Source: Carcharhinus amblyrhynchos
Lineage: Eukaryota
Assembly: GCA_965287045.1 (NCBI GenBank)
Contig: OZ336884.1
Span: forward strand, 45,756,001 to 45,820,000
Length of the DNA stretch: 64,000 nucleotides
Direction: 5' to 3'
How positions within the stretch are numbered: the first letter of the stretch is position 1; each line of letters opens with the position of its first letter. Below the pieces are notes generated by a model. That model was not told where the DNA came from, made no database searches, and was given only the letters and a program-made list of their open reading frames with translations. A program made the translations under genes and the position numbers. Shown here piece after piece: positions 37,521 through 51,439 of the stretch.

Positions 37521-39154
37521 AAACTTTTGAATACAGCTGTCTCATATTAAGCTGATCTTGCTTTACACCCTAGTTATGACTGTAACATTACATTCTGTGC
37601 TGTCTCCTTTCCTTCTCAATGTATGGTGTACTTTGTATAGGGTGCAAGAAACAATGCTTTTCACTGTACGCTAATACACTTGACAATAATAAATCAAATA
37701 AAACTAAATCAAATCATGAAACCTGATGCTTATTCTGTTAAAGAAATAGCACCTCCAAAAGAGGGAGAAGTATTAAATAAGACTGGTATGACCAAATTCA
37801 TTCAGAAAGGTTAATCTGATTGTTGTTCATTGCTTAGAGTCCAACACTTTGCAAGAGTTTCTTTCAATGTTTTTTGCCTTATATTGATCAGTAGTCAGTG
37901 CAATTTGTAAGTCAACTGTCAAAATATTCAACCCCTAAATCACCAACAATGGTGTACAAATGCCTTTCTTAACATCAACAGTACAATATTGATCATTTGC
38001 ACGTAATCATCCCAGCAAGAAGTCCTGTGGCAATAATGAAGATTGGAGAATAAAACAAAAACCACGGAAATTGCTGTGGGCTCAGATTGACCTGGAAACA
38101 TTGCGCTGAGATGCAAATACACAAGTCCAAGCTTTATCTTAACCCAATCAATGGTAATTCAAAAAATGGCACCTAATTCTGCATTTGAACTCTGGCATAT
38201 GAGTGGTAAGGTATTAACCTGTAACATTTGGAAAAGAGATACCAGTCAGAGCACTCAGTAAAACCTTACTGTTGTTAATTTACATGGACCTTTCTGGACT
38301 GATACAGAATATCGAAGTGCATCAACCGGAGCACTTCTTCTTGAGCAGTAACCAACTCAACCAAAGAGCCTATGTCCTAAACAATAGAGATTTACAGTCG
38401 ATCATCATACAGTCCATTATTCTTAATGATCTGACCGTGCATAGAGCTCATGAAATACAGTTGGCTTTATCTACGTTGCATCACTCCCAGTAACTAAGTG
38501 ATAATAATATGCCATTAATATTGCATGTAGATCTTTGTAGATTCAACAGCTATTTTTGAGTACGAAAGTAATAAAACAGGTTCAGCAATTCAGAAAGGAG
38601 TTATAACTTTGATCTAGAAAAAAAAAATCAGAAAAATGCATGAGAAGGAATTTGAAGGGATGGAAAATTTGCATAATTTGCAGTCATATGAAACAGTAAG
38701 TTAAAGCAGTAGGCTGAATATCAATAGTTGAATGCCAGAGGAGATATGGAAAAAATACATTAAGACAGAACTGGTTAAATATAGGAAACTATGAATGCTA
38801 GTTCTGGGCATTTTTCTAATCTACCTCCTCATTCTCTGTGTTTATTGGAATACTGAAATTTCATTTTTAAAAAATCTTGCCAAAGTATTAACTTCATTGT
38901 TTCCTTACTTTTTAACCACCCCAGCTGTTTTGTGCTTAACACCTGCTATGACATTATTTTGTTAAAGAACGAAAATTTCACTTTCTTTGTAGTAATCAGA
39001 TACTTGTGCAGTCCTGCAGGAAATTCAGCAAGTTGTTTCTTTCTGGGCAGGTGAGCAATTTATGTATGTACACTACGTATACTACTCCTACAATCCAAAT
39101 AAACAAGTTTTTTTTCCCAGAATTTAAGCATTTACAAACTCAACAACTGAAGTC

Positions 39155-39350
39155 AAAGGTAAAGATAAAGTAAAGTCACCATAGTTCCAGATAAACATAG
39201 GCTGTTGGTGATTTAACCTATGGATCACACCTCAAGTGAGGGGCAATGTTCAACCTTCATGAACAATCTCAGTCAGTACAGGAATTGAACCCGCACTGTT
39301 GGTGTCTCTCTGCATTACCAACCAACTGTCTAGCCAGCTGAGGTACACCA
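39155..39350 (-). mobile_element. tRNA-headed SINE (another family)
   Basis: B-box caggaattgaaccc and A-box region agccagctgag on +; (aaagt)n-like tail at the left end. Confidence 0.6.
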
Positions 39351-39599
39351 CTCCCAACTCAAGTACAGCAAATCCTGATATCAGTATCTTTCAAACAATC
39401 TAAAATACATCAAATTGAAAAACATTTGGACATTTTCAAGCTTGCATTTCCAGCAGTTAGGAGTTGCTCAATTTTTTTCACAATGCCACATGGCGAATAG
39501 ATAGCAATTGGTTAAGGGTTAAATTATTTCATCATTTGCACCATAATTAAGAGCAGAATACGCTTTTACCTTACATACCAAAGGGGTAGCTCACAAATC

Positions 39600-40050
39600 C
39601 AAAAGGGTACAGTGGCTATCCAGACAAATCCACAAGGGCCAGACCAGCTCCTACCAGGTCCAAATGTGTACACATCTGGTTTCAGATGACTACCTCACCA
39701 AAATCACGAGTGGCCTCTCGGTGTGCAAGAAAATTCAGGCCTAAAACTCAGAGATAATGCACTCCATGTTTCCAGTACAATGTTGAGAAAGTACAGCAAA
39801 ACTAATGGAATCAAACATGCAAAATGCTCACAATCAACCTGTTCAAATTGCAATAACTTGAAGAAAGCAAAAGGACACAATGCACATCTAGACCAGATTG
39901 ACTGTAACACCTGGACTTGGTACAGAATCAACAGCAAATTCACTGAAGTGCCATGGTAGAGAAACAAGATTTTCCACTTCAGCAAGCACTCAAAACAAAA
40001 GTCATCAAAGGAGCTTCACAACAACTCAAGCACAAGAAAGATAATCACCA
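39600..40050 (+). pseudogene. Degenerate Gypsy integrase-core fragment
   Basis: RDNALHVSSTMLRKYSKTNGIKHAKCS resembles SDNGP.F.S..F..F...NGIKH..S. Confidence 0.45.
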
Positions 40051-40101
40051 CATGTACTGAGGCTTCATCCTCTAACAAAACTGATAACGTGAATGGCAGC
40101 G

Positions 40102-40985
40102 TAGAGTCATAGAGGTTTATAGCATGGAAACAGGCCCTTCAGCCCAAATTGTCCGTGCCACCCATTTTTTTAAACACCTAAGATAATCCCAATTGTCCAC
40201 ATTTGGCCATATCCCTCTGTACCCATTTTACCCACGTAACTATCTAAATGCTTTTTAAAAGACAAAACTGTACCCGCCTCTTCTACTACCTCTGGCAACT
40301 TGTTCCAGACACTCACCACCCTGTGTGAAAAAATTGCCCCTCTGGGCACTTTTGTATCTCTCCCTTCTCCCCTTAAACCTATGCCTATGTTTTAGACTCC
40401 CCTACCTTTGGGGAAAAAAATATTGACTATTTAGTTGATCTGTGCCCCTCATTATTTTACAGACCTCTGTAAGATCACCCCTCAGCCTCCTACACTCCAG
40501 AGAAAAAAGTCCCAGTTTATCCAGCCTCTCCTTATAACTCAATCCATCAAGTCCCGGTGGCATCCTTAGTAAATCTTTTCTGCATTCTTTCTCATTTAAT
40601 AATATCCTTTCTATAATAGTATTCTAAGTGTGGCCTTACCAATGTCTTGTACAACTTCAACAAGACATTCTAACTCCTGTATTCAGTGTTCTGACGAATG
40701 AAACCAAGCATGCCGAATGCCTTCTTCACCGCTCCATCCACCGGTGACTCCACTTTTAAGGAACTACGAACATGTAACCCCACCACCCCCCAACTCTTTG
40801 TTCTGTAACTCTCCCCAACACCCGACCATTAACTAAGTCCTGCCCTTGTTCAATCTATCAAAATGCATCACCTCGCATTTGTCTAAATTAAACTACATCT
40901 GCCATTCGTCAGCCCACTGGCCCAATTGATCAAGATCCCATCGCAATTGGAGGTAACTTTCTTCATTGTCCACTATGCCACAAAT
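40102..40985 (-). mobile_element. CR1 LINE 3' fragment
   Basis: 3' end tagagtcatagagg...aaacaggcccttcagccc; RT C-terminal sequence (aagatcacccctcagcctcc; aaattaaactacatctgcca). Confidence 0.85.
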
Positions 40986-42069
40986 GAAGTAAAAAACTGA
41001 AGTAAAAAGGCTGGAAACTTGGAATCACTTGGATAATAGTGACTCGGCAAGTTGATAAGATTTGAAGGTTGAGAAGGAACAGATAAGATCCCAACAAAGC
41101 ATCTGTCATCCAAAATCTAAGGAGAACTGATTTAAGAAACTTAAAACACTAGAGCAATAATTTCAATACGAGTTGAAGTAACAATGAATTATAACATAAA
41201 ACTGCAATCATAAAACAAGTGTGGATTTGATCTAGTGTCTAGTGTGTACAATAAAAACTTATACAGCTGTGCTTATTTGAAGTTTGATCAAAAATGTACA
41301 GTTTAGTGGAAAGAAAAGAAAGTCTAATGATACGTCTAAAATTTGAAAAGTTGCTGAGTGATCAGAGATGAACGTTATTTTAAAAAATATCAAGTACTCC
41401 CAAAACGGGAATCAACATTTTGAAATATAGTTTGAAACATGCAGCCTCCCTGGTGTAGTTGTTAAAAATTTCAGTTTGGCCTCCTGGATGGATTCAAAGC
41501 CATACATGACAAGTCTCTATTGGTTCAGCATATTTTTACTTTGGGTTCTTATAACCCCAGTTCAGCATCTAAAGATCCCTTCTATTATAAAGCACTTTGT
41601 AATAATTCTCAATAGCTGTTATATACACTGGGTTACTCAAATATTTGGGTAGTCAGAATTAGATTTAACAAACAAACGATGTGAAATCTGTCTTGAATTC
41701 TTACAGGAATATTAACTTGCTAGTATACATTCAAAGAAAGTGTTCATAACATGACCAAGCAGGTTGATAATCAACCTGTAAATCGTTCCAACACACACCA
41801 ATGCAGGCAGTAAGAACAAGATTCCTGGTCGACCATATGACAAAAAGAAATGGGACCTCATCATCAAACTTTTCAGCTCCAAACGACATCATGCATGTAA
41901 ACGTGCATGTTGTCACAGCAACTTGGACTCCCCAAATGACTTGTAACACATCACCACCATCATACCTATGTAAAAGCTCTGCCCTACCAACTACCTAAGA
42001 CAAGCATGAACAACGACTTTTCAAAGCAATTAAAATTTAAAATCTGAGCAGATGTTGTACCACCTCTTG

Positions 42070-42985
42070 GCCTGGATTTTCATTCTGGGTGTGGATAGCA
42101 GAGCCAGGAAAATTCTCACCTAGCCTCAAGAGAAAGGCAAGATCCTTATTGCTGGAGGCGGGTGCAGGCTGCCGTCTGGCCAGTCAACCCAAGCAAAAGT
42201 CTGAAGGCTGCCACAGTAGCTACTGGAGGAGTGTTGGGCTGTCAAAAATCCTGCCACAGTCCTTTGCAACTTTGTGCCAGTTAAAATAAAAACACAAAGG
42301 TGCAGTCTTCATCCATCACAAGCTCCACCCTAATAAGTGCTCCCCATTCTTCATCCATATAACCTTGTGCCCCCACTCTACGTGTCCCAATGACACCTCA
42401 TGCCCTCTATGCTAAGTTCAGCACTTCCACCCATGCCCTGTGGCCCCCATGCTCACTATAATAGGTTTGACCATTCTGCTTACCTCTTATGGCCCCTCAT
42501 GCCAAGCAATGATACTTAAATGCCCATTGACCCATTATAAATCTTCTAGAACCAATGACCCCAATAAAGACAGCTGGATGTGTAACAAACAATTTTAAAA
42601 AGGTATTCCATTCAAACATTCTCCTATGTGTTGAAAAAAAAACCATTGCACTACAAGCCAATATGGTGTGTCAATCACGTAGACCATTTAAAGTGTCAAC
42701 AGCAAAAAAATCCAAACCCTTGAATCAATTTAATTATTGTAAACAAATATTGTGAAATTAACAGCAGTGATCAGAGACTGGCATGTCAATCAAACAATGT
42801 TTTCAAGGGACACATCTATTTCAACAATACATACCCTGTCCCTAACTATGCCCAATCCCAAACTACCTGACTATGCTACCTTCAAGCTCCCAGCTGCGAC
42901 TATCCTACCACGCCATGACTACACCCTAACCTTCCCTGCCCCTTCACCTACTTATCATATACAGTTATCATCTCTGCCTACCTTG
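42070..42985. mobile_element. Degenerate MITE/Harbinger-like non-autonomous element
   Basis: Starts ggcctggatttt. Contains a catgccc-rich low-complexity tract, the reverse of the tract at 4215-4330. Confidence 0.4.
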
Positions 42986-44674
42986 CCAAAGTGGCTCTCG
43001 GACTTTTAAGCTTACTGGAATATCACAACTAGTACCTAAAAAGAGTGACTGTTGTGTTGCTTCCCAAATGTTCCAATAATGGGAAGGCTCTGAGATGCTG
43101 CACAGTTCTTAAGTGGCCTGAGTTGGCGAGAAATGTAGAGTTCTAGTGTGGGGTAAGTAAACAGCAAATTCGATGATGATTGCCACTCCACAGAACATGT
43201 GGCCTATAGTTTCAAAAATTGTTTTCATTCTGTTTCATACTTCCATATTTTTCTCAATCCTGTTTGCAGTATCCTTCAATGAATTACTTTTATCATATGC
43301 TGCTGCATATGAATACTATTGTTTGATACTCTTTTCCTTTGAAGAAATATTGCTATTTAAAGGAAAGTGCTGTTTCATCTGTTGATTGATGTACTGCAAT
43401 CTGATTCTTTCTGTGAACTTTTATATATCACTGCACTACCACTGAACATATTAAGTGGAAATTAAGTATTTTGTTTTCCTTTTGGATATAAACGTGAAGG
43501 ATTTATAACCTTACACTTCACACAGGATTCTGATCAATGAGGTTGTAAGTTGGTCCCTTTTTATACAATCGGACAACACAACTGCATTTCAATCCTTCAA
43601 AGCATTTTATGACCAAGATAGAAAATTTACCATGGAAACTGTGATGTGATTGGGTATTTAAACAGGCTAGCTGATTTATGATAGCATTTGTATTTGAACT
43701 TTCCATTATCTTGCATGCCCAAACCACTATGTTGTAGGGAATCCAGAAACAGAATGGCAATATGCTGTCAAAAACAATCCTGACACATGCAAGTAACATT
43801 TGAGAAACAGACTTGCAGCAAATGTGAGAATTTTGCGGTTTTGCCTTTTTGTTATTCATTCAAGGAGCGTGGGCCAGCACTTTATTGCCCATCCCTAATT
43901 CCCCTGGGAAGGCCAAATTAACAATGCCTATGAAAGACAAGGAAGAATTATTTGTTAAATCAACATTATTTCAAAAACATATTGCAATGTGTCTAGGTCT
44001 ACTGTTCCTTTTGTAGGATTGATTGAGTGCAGAGACCAAAATTATCCTACAGCAATGCAGACTACGCACTCACTGGGCTAAACAAATGACCCTTTAAAAC
44101 GATAATGTCCACAGTGGCACTTCTACAGTCTTGTTTAAATCTGCACAGATTAGACAGAGAACAAATTTAAAACAGATCTACAGCAGGCCAGTGAGCAGTA
44201 TGGGGGAAAATGGAATGTCATTATATTAGTCGGAGTTCTCCCTGAGCTACAATTAATGAATGTTTTTTTTTCATATCTACATTAAATTTAAACTTGAATG
44301 CTGATAATTCAATGAGAGGAAACAAGCTCAGGGAACTTACTGAGCCTGACAGAATGGGCAGCTGAAGACACGATTGCAGAGTCACAGTCAATTAATAAGC
44401 TTGGGATATTTTGTTTGTTCCTGCAGATTTCTAAGCTCATTAACTTGTCCAAGACAGTTCTCTTTAAAATTGCTGCACGTTCACTTGAATGTGGTGTTAT
44501 GAAAGACAAGTATGTGGTTTCTACATTAGATTATGCAATAGATTATAACACGTACCTAATAATGTTGCATTTTACAACATATATGGTTCCCAAATTTTCT
44601 GGCTTACTTGTTAGATTGCTTAAAAAAAGACTAGTGAAGATGACTTGCACTCGTGCTTTTCCTAATTTTGGAAT

Positions 44675-44800
44675 GTTTCAAAGTGCATTATAGCCAATTG
44701 AATAGTTCTGAAGTATAGTTACTGTTGTAATGTGAGAAAAGTGGCAACCAATTTTCTCACAGCAAGTTCTAAAAAGTAATGCGTTCATAATCTGACTTTT
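44675..44800 (-). mobile_element. Deu-SINE 3' fragment
   Basis: tgaagtatagttactgttgtaatgtgagaaa...cacagcaag is homologous to 17570-17625. Confidence 0.55.
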
Positions 44801-46599
44801 CTTCGATGGACTATGTACAGAAAATGCCAGCTGGTTCCCAGTTTGATTTATCAAGGAACTATTACATATATTTAATTTCATTTAAGTGCATTTTAATTAC
44901 ATATTTAACAATTAATTTAAAAAGCCAGAGGACTGGTGTAATACTAGTGTTATTTAAAAATGGAAATATAACATATAAAATACAGACCAGTCATCTTAAC
45001 ATCAGTGATCATTAAAATAATAGAATTCCCAGCTCAAGGACAAAATAGGAAAACAGCCAGAAATAAACAAAATGGTCAAGACGAAGTCCAAGAGAGAAAG
45101 CTAAGCTTGACCAACATCACTAAGTCCTTAAAGAAATGACAGAGAATAGTTAAGAATAAAGCAGTAGATGTGAATGATTTAGATTTCCAAAAGTTTTTTG
45201 TAAGCTTTGTGGGGCCAGAAAATGCAGAGTCAGGGGTCACTTAACAGAATGGATAGTTAGTTGATTGCAAGACAGAAAACAAGGAGTAGGAGTAAACAAA
45301 TCAGAATGGAGAAGATGGAAATCAAGGTTCCACAAGGGATGAGGGTTGAGATCATGATTTATATGAGCGATTTTGACTTTAGATCAGGAATATAAACAAG
45401 TCAGCAAATGTAACAATACAGTTGTTTACAGGAATAGCAAACCAAGCAGTCTGGTTTATTTTTTAGAAGGGTAGAATTGAACAATGAAGTAGTTATACTG
45501 AACTTTGTTGAACCTTGATTAGATCCTTGAAAAGTGGATTACTCTGTATAATTCTGGTCACCACATTATAATAACAATGGAGGAACTAGGAAGCTGCAAA
45601 AATAATTGACTGTTTTGCAATCTCTGGAGATGAATAATTTTTCTGGAGAAATTCAAATTTCCAGTCAATATCTGGAAGGATGATTTCTGATTTTAAGACT
45701 TCAACTCTAACAACCAGACCAAAAGCACTTTTGACCAAACATCATTCTTGTCAGCAATTTGCACTTTAAATTATCTAACAAAACTTTTGCCTTTTACTTC
45801 TAACACAACCAAAAAAAAACCACTTCATAGGTATACTTTTCACTGCCTCTTAAGCAGTCATTTAATTCTCCTGGAAGCAATCTGTAGTGAATCTTAAATT
45901 TCAATGGTTTACTTTTTTCCTTTCTCAGTCTTGGAACTCAAACTCAGAAGTATCTTCCAAGTGAGGTTTTATTCCTTGCAGATTATTCCTCTGGCATAAG
46001 CTTGGCAAAAGTTCTAGCCTCATTTTAGCTTCTTTTGAATTCAATATTTTCAAGTTGAGCACAAGCTCTCACCTAAATTCCTGCATGGGGAACCAAAGCA
46101 TCTTGAAGTCTGTAGGTGCTTTCCTTCTCCTTGTCTGAGTAAGCTTGTCCGAGAGGTCTTGAGCATATCTTAGCCTTTCCACTCTCAAAACTCTGCTTCC
46201 TGGTAATGTGAATACATTGGCTATCCTGGAGAACCCAACTCTTTTTTAACTTGAAAGTAGATGGACAGTTCTTTATAACACAGCATTCTCCAACATTTCT
46301 TGGGTTTTTAGAGACTGACTGTTTATCCAATGTTAGCTCACAGCCTCTTGTCATCGTCTCCATGTGTTCATTTTGCACCTTATTTATAGTAAAACAGTAC
46401 AGGCCCACTTTAATATGTTGCAATCAAAGTCTTTCTGTGAGGCGGAGTTCAGAACAGGTCACATGAGCCCCCTTCATTTTAAGTATAAATTCAAAACACA
46501 GTCCTAAAACATGACTGTTTCATCTAATAACAACAGGAATACAAGAAATACTATGTTTTATTTATTAGAAAGGATAAACACATCTTGTATCTCTTTTCT

Positions 46600-46995
46600 T
46601 CAGTTAAGAAGAGGTTGTGTAGTGGGCTAATGGAAGTCTTTAAAATTACGAATGGTTTTGATTGAGTTGACCGAAAATTAATTATTTTCATTTGTGGAAG
46701 TGCAAAATGCGAGGCCATTAATGGACAAAAGTCACTAAGAAATCAAATAGGAAATTCAGAAGAAACTTCCTTATCTCAGAGGTTGGTGAGAATGTAGAAA
46801 TTGCTACCAAAGGGGGTGTTTGATGGAAACAGTACAACTGCATTTAAGGGGAGACTAGATAGGCATATGAAAATGATGGGCATAGGATGGAAATAGCAGG
46901 TTTATTACAGAGAGTTAGATGCATAAAGTAAGACAAGACTCAAGTGGAGCACAAATGCCAGCATGGACTCATTGGGCCAAATGGCTGTGTATTTT
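46600..46995 (+). mobile_element. Old CR1 3' relic
   Basis: gaaattcagaagaaacttcc...ggtgagaatg; 3' UTR gtggagcacaaatgccagcatggactcattgggccaaatggc. Confidence 0.7.
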
Positions 46996-48079
46996 ACCTA
47001 ATTTTATACAATGGGTGTTATAGGTTGGCAGTAGGACTTTTAGTTTTGAAAATGCCACATTATCAATAAGCATTTTTGACGAGCAATTCAAAAGCAGAAT
47101 ATAATTTTTCTTTCTCAAGAATGTGCCTCAGCTTATAATGTGTTAAATTTTACCATGGACAAATTAGCCACAGGTCAGACAAGATAGCACTGAATGGCAG
47201 AACAAGCTCAAGGGGATAAACTAGATTATTTCAGTTCCAATGTTCCTTCGTGTTAATTTTTGCCCTTGCATCAGAAAAGTATGCCATTTTACTTCAAAGG
47301 TGAAGTGGTCTCAGTCTCAGCAACTTCATGTAATAATACATTCCACACTCTACATTCCTGCATAACCTTTCTGCTTGCTCAAAGTAATAATTTTGAATTG
47401 ATGATCCCTTATCACTGCCTCCTCAAACAGGGGAAATTGCCTTTCTCTATTTACTGCATCAAACACCTTATTAATTTTTAACTTATCTATTCAATCTTTA
47501 ATTCTCTTTAAATCTCTGCTTCAGCCCAAATAACCTGGTACTTCAAGCTTCTATTGAGAGCTGGTTTCCCAACCTAGAATTATACTTTTGAAATCTAAAA
47601 TTCTGTAAAAGTACCAAAAAGAACACAATTTTGATTTCTGTCTGCAGTGCTTTTTGAAAATTTCTTATGACTCATTATTCTTCTATGCTCCATGTATAAA
47701 AAATTTAAGTCATGTTTGGCTTTGTTTTAATGGCTTTATTCACCTTAGGAATTCAGGCATTTGAAGCTATCATGCCCATTAAACATTGAGTGTATAGTCC
47801 CCTTTGTGGTTTTTCCTCCCAAAATATATCATTTACCCACAGTTAGTTACATTATCCTTGTCTATTTTATTAACCTGACAATATATTACTGATTATGTAT
47901 TTATTTATAGCATTTCTTGAAGTTTAGCAATCTCTCACTTTCCACTTTTGCATTTTCAGCAAATTTCTAGATTGGGTTCTCTACTTGCATGTGTTGATAA
48001 TAAAAATGGACCTAGCAATAACTCAAGTGTAGATTTCTTCCAGGCCATTTCTAATATAAACAACTGTTATCCTTTCAAC

Positions 48080-48180
48080 AAAGGAAAATTACTGTGAATG
48101 CTGGAAACCTGAAATAAAACAGAAAATGGCGGAAAAACTTAGCAGCTCTGATGAATGGTCAATGACCTGACATGTTAATT
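48080..48180 (-). mobile_element. PLE-like end (second family), head-to-head with a decayed CTGATGA motif
   Basis: tgctggaaacctgaaataaaacagaaaatg... is the reverse of the 5227 tail; then ctgatgaatggtcaatgacc on +. Confidence 0.5.
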
Positions 48181-48761
48181 TTGGACCAAATGTTATTTCT
48201 GGCTTGCCATTCCGGATGGTGAAACAGGAAGCAAATGCAACTTCCACTCACTGGTTTTCACACAAATTCAATTAAAATTTTAAGTGATGGAGGCATGCGT
48301 GGGAGACACATGCAATCATGTGAAAGGAGAATCTTTTCAGCAATGGAACCCACCATCAATTCCCAATGTAGCAGGTATGGATGGACCATAATAGAACCTC
48401 CTGGACAAAAGGGGAAGCTCTTCATCATGGCCATATCTTGGCTGCCCAACTGGATGCCCATTAACAAAATACTTAGAGAGAGCACACAGGTGGGTCCAGG
48501 TGTAACTCAAATTTAAATTTCAAATGTAAATATTTACCATGACATTGGTTTTATTTTATTTATGTGTACATCATCTTTTTTGTTTGGAGCTAACCTAGTC
48601 AGAGAGCTAATTGTACTGGTACACATTATGGTTGGTATACATTGGAAAGTTATTGTGGAAAAAATTGATGCTACATTTTTGTCTTCACTGAATGTTCATG
48701 TTAGTATCTATTGTTGCACTCTCCATTCTGAGAGACGTGATTGAACTTGCAGGCTCAGCTT

Positions 48762-49410
48762 TTCTTTATTCATTTGTGGGATGTATGCATCACTACTAAG
48801 GCCCGCATTATTATCCATCCCTAATTGCCCACAAGAAGATGGTGGTAAGCTGCCTTCTTGAACAGTTGCAGACCATGTGGTATACAAACATCCACAGTGT
48901 TATTAAGAAGGGAGTTCCAGAATTTTTAGCTAGTGATCGTGAAGGAACAGTGATAGAGTTACAAGTTAGAATGGTGTGTGATTTGAATGGGAAATTACAG
49001 GTGGTGGTGTTCCCTTGTATCTGCTACATTTGCCCTTCAAAGTGGTAAAGATCATGGGCTTGGAAGGTGCTGTAAAAGGAACTTCGGTGAGTTGCTGAAG
49101 TGCATTTTGCAGATGGAACATACTGCTGCCACTTTGTGTCAGTGGTGGAGGGATTAAACATTGCAGGTAGTGGATGCCTGCCAATCAAGTAATCTGCTTT
49201 GTCCTAGGTGATGTTCAGCTACTGGAGTCTTGTTGAAGCTGTATTCATCTGGCAAGTGGAGAATATTTCATAACACTCCTGATTTGCAGATGGTTATCAG
49301 GCTTTGGGGTCAGCAAATGAGTTATTCTCTGCAGAATTCCCAATCTCTGACCTGTTCTAGTCGCCACAGTCATTATATGGCTGATCCAGTGCAGTTTCTG
49401 GTCAATAATA
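48762..49410 (-). mobile_element. CR1/L2-group LINE 3' part (segment 1)
   Basis: Minus-strand IDQKLHWISHIMTVATRTGQRLGILQRITHLLTP...IRSVMKYSPLA is a typical post-RT LINE region. 3' tail ttattcatttgtgggatgt. Confidence 0.85.
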
Positions 49411-49411
49411 T

Positions 49412-51200
49412 TGGCCATGATTCTCTCAAAAAAAATTAAGTGCCAAATTTGCATAAAATTGCAAAAATCCCGCTGGTTTCTTTTTAGCAGGGCTTTCAAA
49501 ATGAATTTCCCACGCTCTGAGCACTGAATTGCCGTAGCAAGATTCAAGTTAAAAATCCAGGGACAGGGCTGGGAAGGCCAGCAGCACAGCACTAAGCTAG
49601 CCATTGCGCATCTGCAAATCTGTCAGAACAAAGATTGGCGCACTGCCAGCCTCCCGATCACTGGCCAGCACAACAACCTCCATCATGGCCGTACGCCCCC
49701 AAACACCCCCTCCCCTGATCATGGGCATCCCAGATGTCATTAGGCCAGCCAACACCCCGCCTCCAGTGGCCCGTCTTGATCTCCCCAACCCAACCCCCTT
49801 GCCCCGGCATCCCAATCTACCTGAATATCTGATCCCCAACCCTAGACCCAATCTCTCTGTCTTCCCCCCACACCCAACTTTGGCAGTCTCCACCACACAC
49901 CCATAGACCCGACCCCAACAGTTTGCCCCAATCAGCCCCTTCCCTCCCTCTGTCACTGATCCTGACTGCAGAGTGGCTGTGGTTCCCCCAATCCCACTGA
50001 TCAGCCTAAATCAATAGGTCCCGCTCCTTTGGCACTGCCTAATGCTTGGTGGGCAGTGCCAAAGTGCCCACGGGGCAGTGCCAGAGGGCCAGACTGGTGG
50101 AGGAGAGCCTCCATCGCTCTGCTTCACTCCAGCAGGGTTGGTCACATAAGAACATAAGAAATAGGAGCAGGAGTAGGCCATCTAGCCCTTCGAGCCTGCC
50201 CCGCCATTCAATAAGATCATGGCTGATCTGTCGCTGCTCAGTTCCACTTTCCCGCCCTCTCCCCATAACCCTTAACCCCCTCTCTTATCAAAAACCCATC
50301 AACCCGCTTCTTAAAAATATTTAGTGAGGCAGCCTCCACCACTTCAACGGGCAGAGAATTCCAGAGATTCACCACCCTTTGAGTGAAGAAGTTCCTCCTC
50401 AACTCCGTTCTAAACCGCCCCCCTTTTATCTTGAGGCTGTGCCCCCTAGTCCTACTGTCTTTTTTGAGCGGGAAGAGCCTCTCCACCTCTATCCTATCCA
50501 TCCCATTCATCATCTTATACGTCTCAATGAGATCTCCCCTCATCCTTCTAAACTCTAACGAGTACAAGCCTAGTTTATTCAGCCTCTCCTTATAGCTCAA
50601 CCCCCTCAACTCCGGTATCAGCCTAGTAAACCTCCTCTGCACTCCCTCCAAGGCCAAAATATCTTTGCGCAGGTGTGGCGCCCAAAACTGCACACAGTAC
50701 TCCAGCTGCGGCCTCACCAATGCCCTATACAGCCGCAGCAAGACCTCCCTACTTTTATATTCAATCCCCCTCGCTATGAAGGTCAGCATCCCATTCGCCT
50801 TCCTGACCACCTGCTGCACCTGCAAGCTGGGTTTTTGCGACTCATGCACAAGGACCCCGAGGTCCCTCTGCACCGTCGCCTGCTGCAGTTTTTCGCCCCG
50901 TAAGTAATAGTCCTTCCTACCATTCTTCCTACCCTATTAGTGGGAAGCTGTTCTAAATCCTGCTGGAGTGAAACAGTGAAACACTCATGGCAGGGGAGAG
51001 GGGGTTTGGAGGCTAGCGGGCCTGGAGGCTTCAGTCCTGGGCCAGTTAGCATTTTAATATCAGTTCCGTGCTGATTTACAGCGCAGAGCTGATGCCGCTG
51101 GATATTTGGAGCATGGAGACTGTGGCGATCAGCGGGGAGCCTGCTAAATGACTTCTGCTGATGTCCCCCAGCCCGCTGCACTGCAAATCACTGCCACTGT
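49412..51200. mobile_element. Non-autonomous DNA-transposon-like insert within the LINE
   Basis: Homologous (inverted) to 28230-28865. It separates two collinear LINE segments and is itself split by a young CR1. Confidence 0.6.
50144..50912 (-). mobile_element. Young 5'-truncated CR1 LINE with an uninterrupted 211-aa ORF2 C-terminus (50238-50873)
   Basis: QRDLGVLVHES...LYRALVRPQLEYCVQFWAP...LEGVQRRFTRLIP...RRMRGDLIETYK...RRNFFTQRVVNLWNSLP; 3' microsatellite (cataagaa)2; CpGs retained. Confidence 0.95.
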
Positions 51201-51439
51201 ATTTTTATAATGACATAAAGGCACCAATCACTCGTAAGGTATTAAGTAAACACATTTAGGATTCATGCATTTAAACCAGGTACATGACAGCATTTGTACA
51301 AAGGTATAAAATTTGACAACAGCAACAAATGTGTGTGTGCTGTGCTCTGCTCACAGATCAAAGTGAAACTGAGCGTGAATCAATGACACATTTTCCTTCC
51401 AGTGATAGCATGCTACCCTCAAAGGCACATTACAACAAA

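Larger units (their letters stand above)
36790..37715 (+). mobile_element. Rex1/Babar LINE 3' fragment interrupted by a PLE end
   Basis: TWCDDKNLSPNKMKETVIDFRK..HAPVY matches Rex/Babar WC..NNL.LN..KTKE..VDFRK. 3' tail aataaatcaaataaaactaaatcaaatc. Confidence 0.85.

Noticed and set aside
44341-44510. Possible small exons on either strand (cttac at 44336; ttcctgcag at 44418)
   Set aside because: Each candidate has only one strong splice site and the peptides are unrecognised.
49597-49956. Pro-rich / Gly-rich overlapping ORFs
   Set aside because: By-product of a C-rich low-complexity tract inside a non-autonomous element.
50238-50873. Longest ORF (211 aa) as a host gene
   Set aside because: It is the C-terminus of CR1 ORF2 in a 5'-truncated copy.
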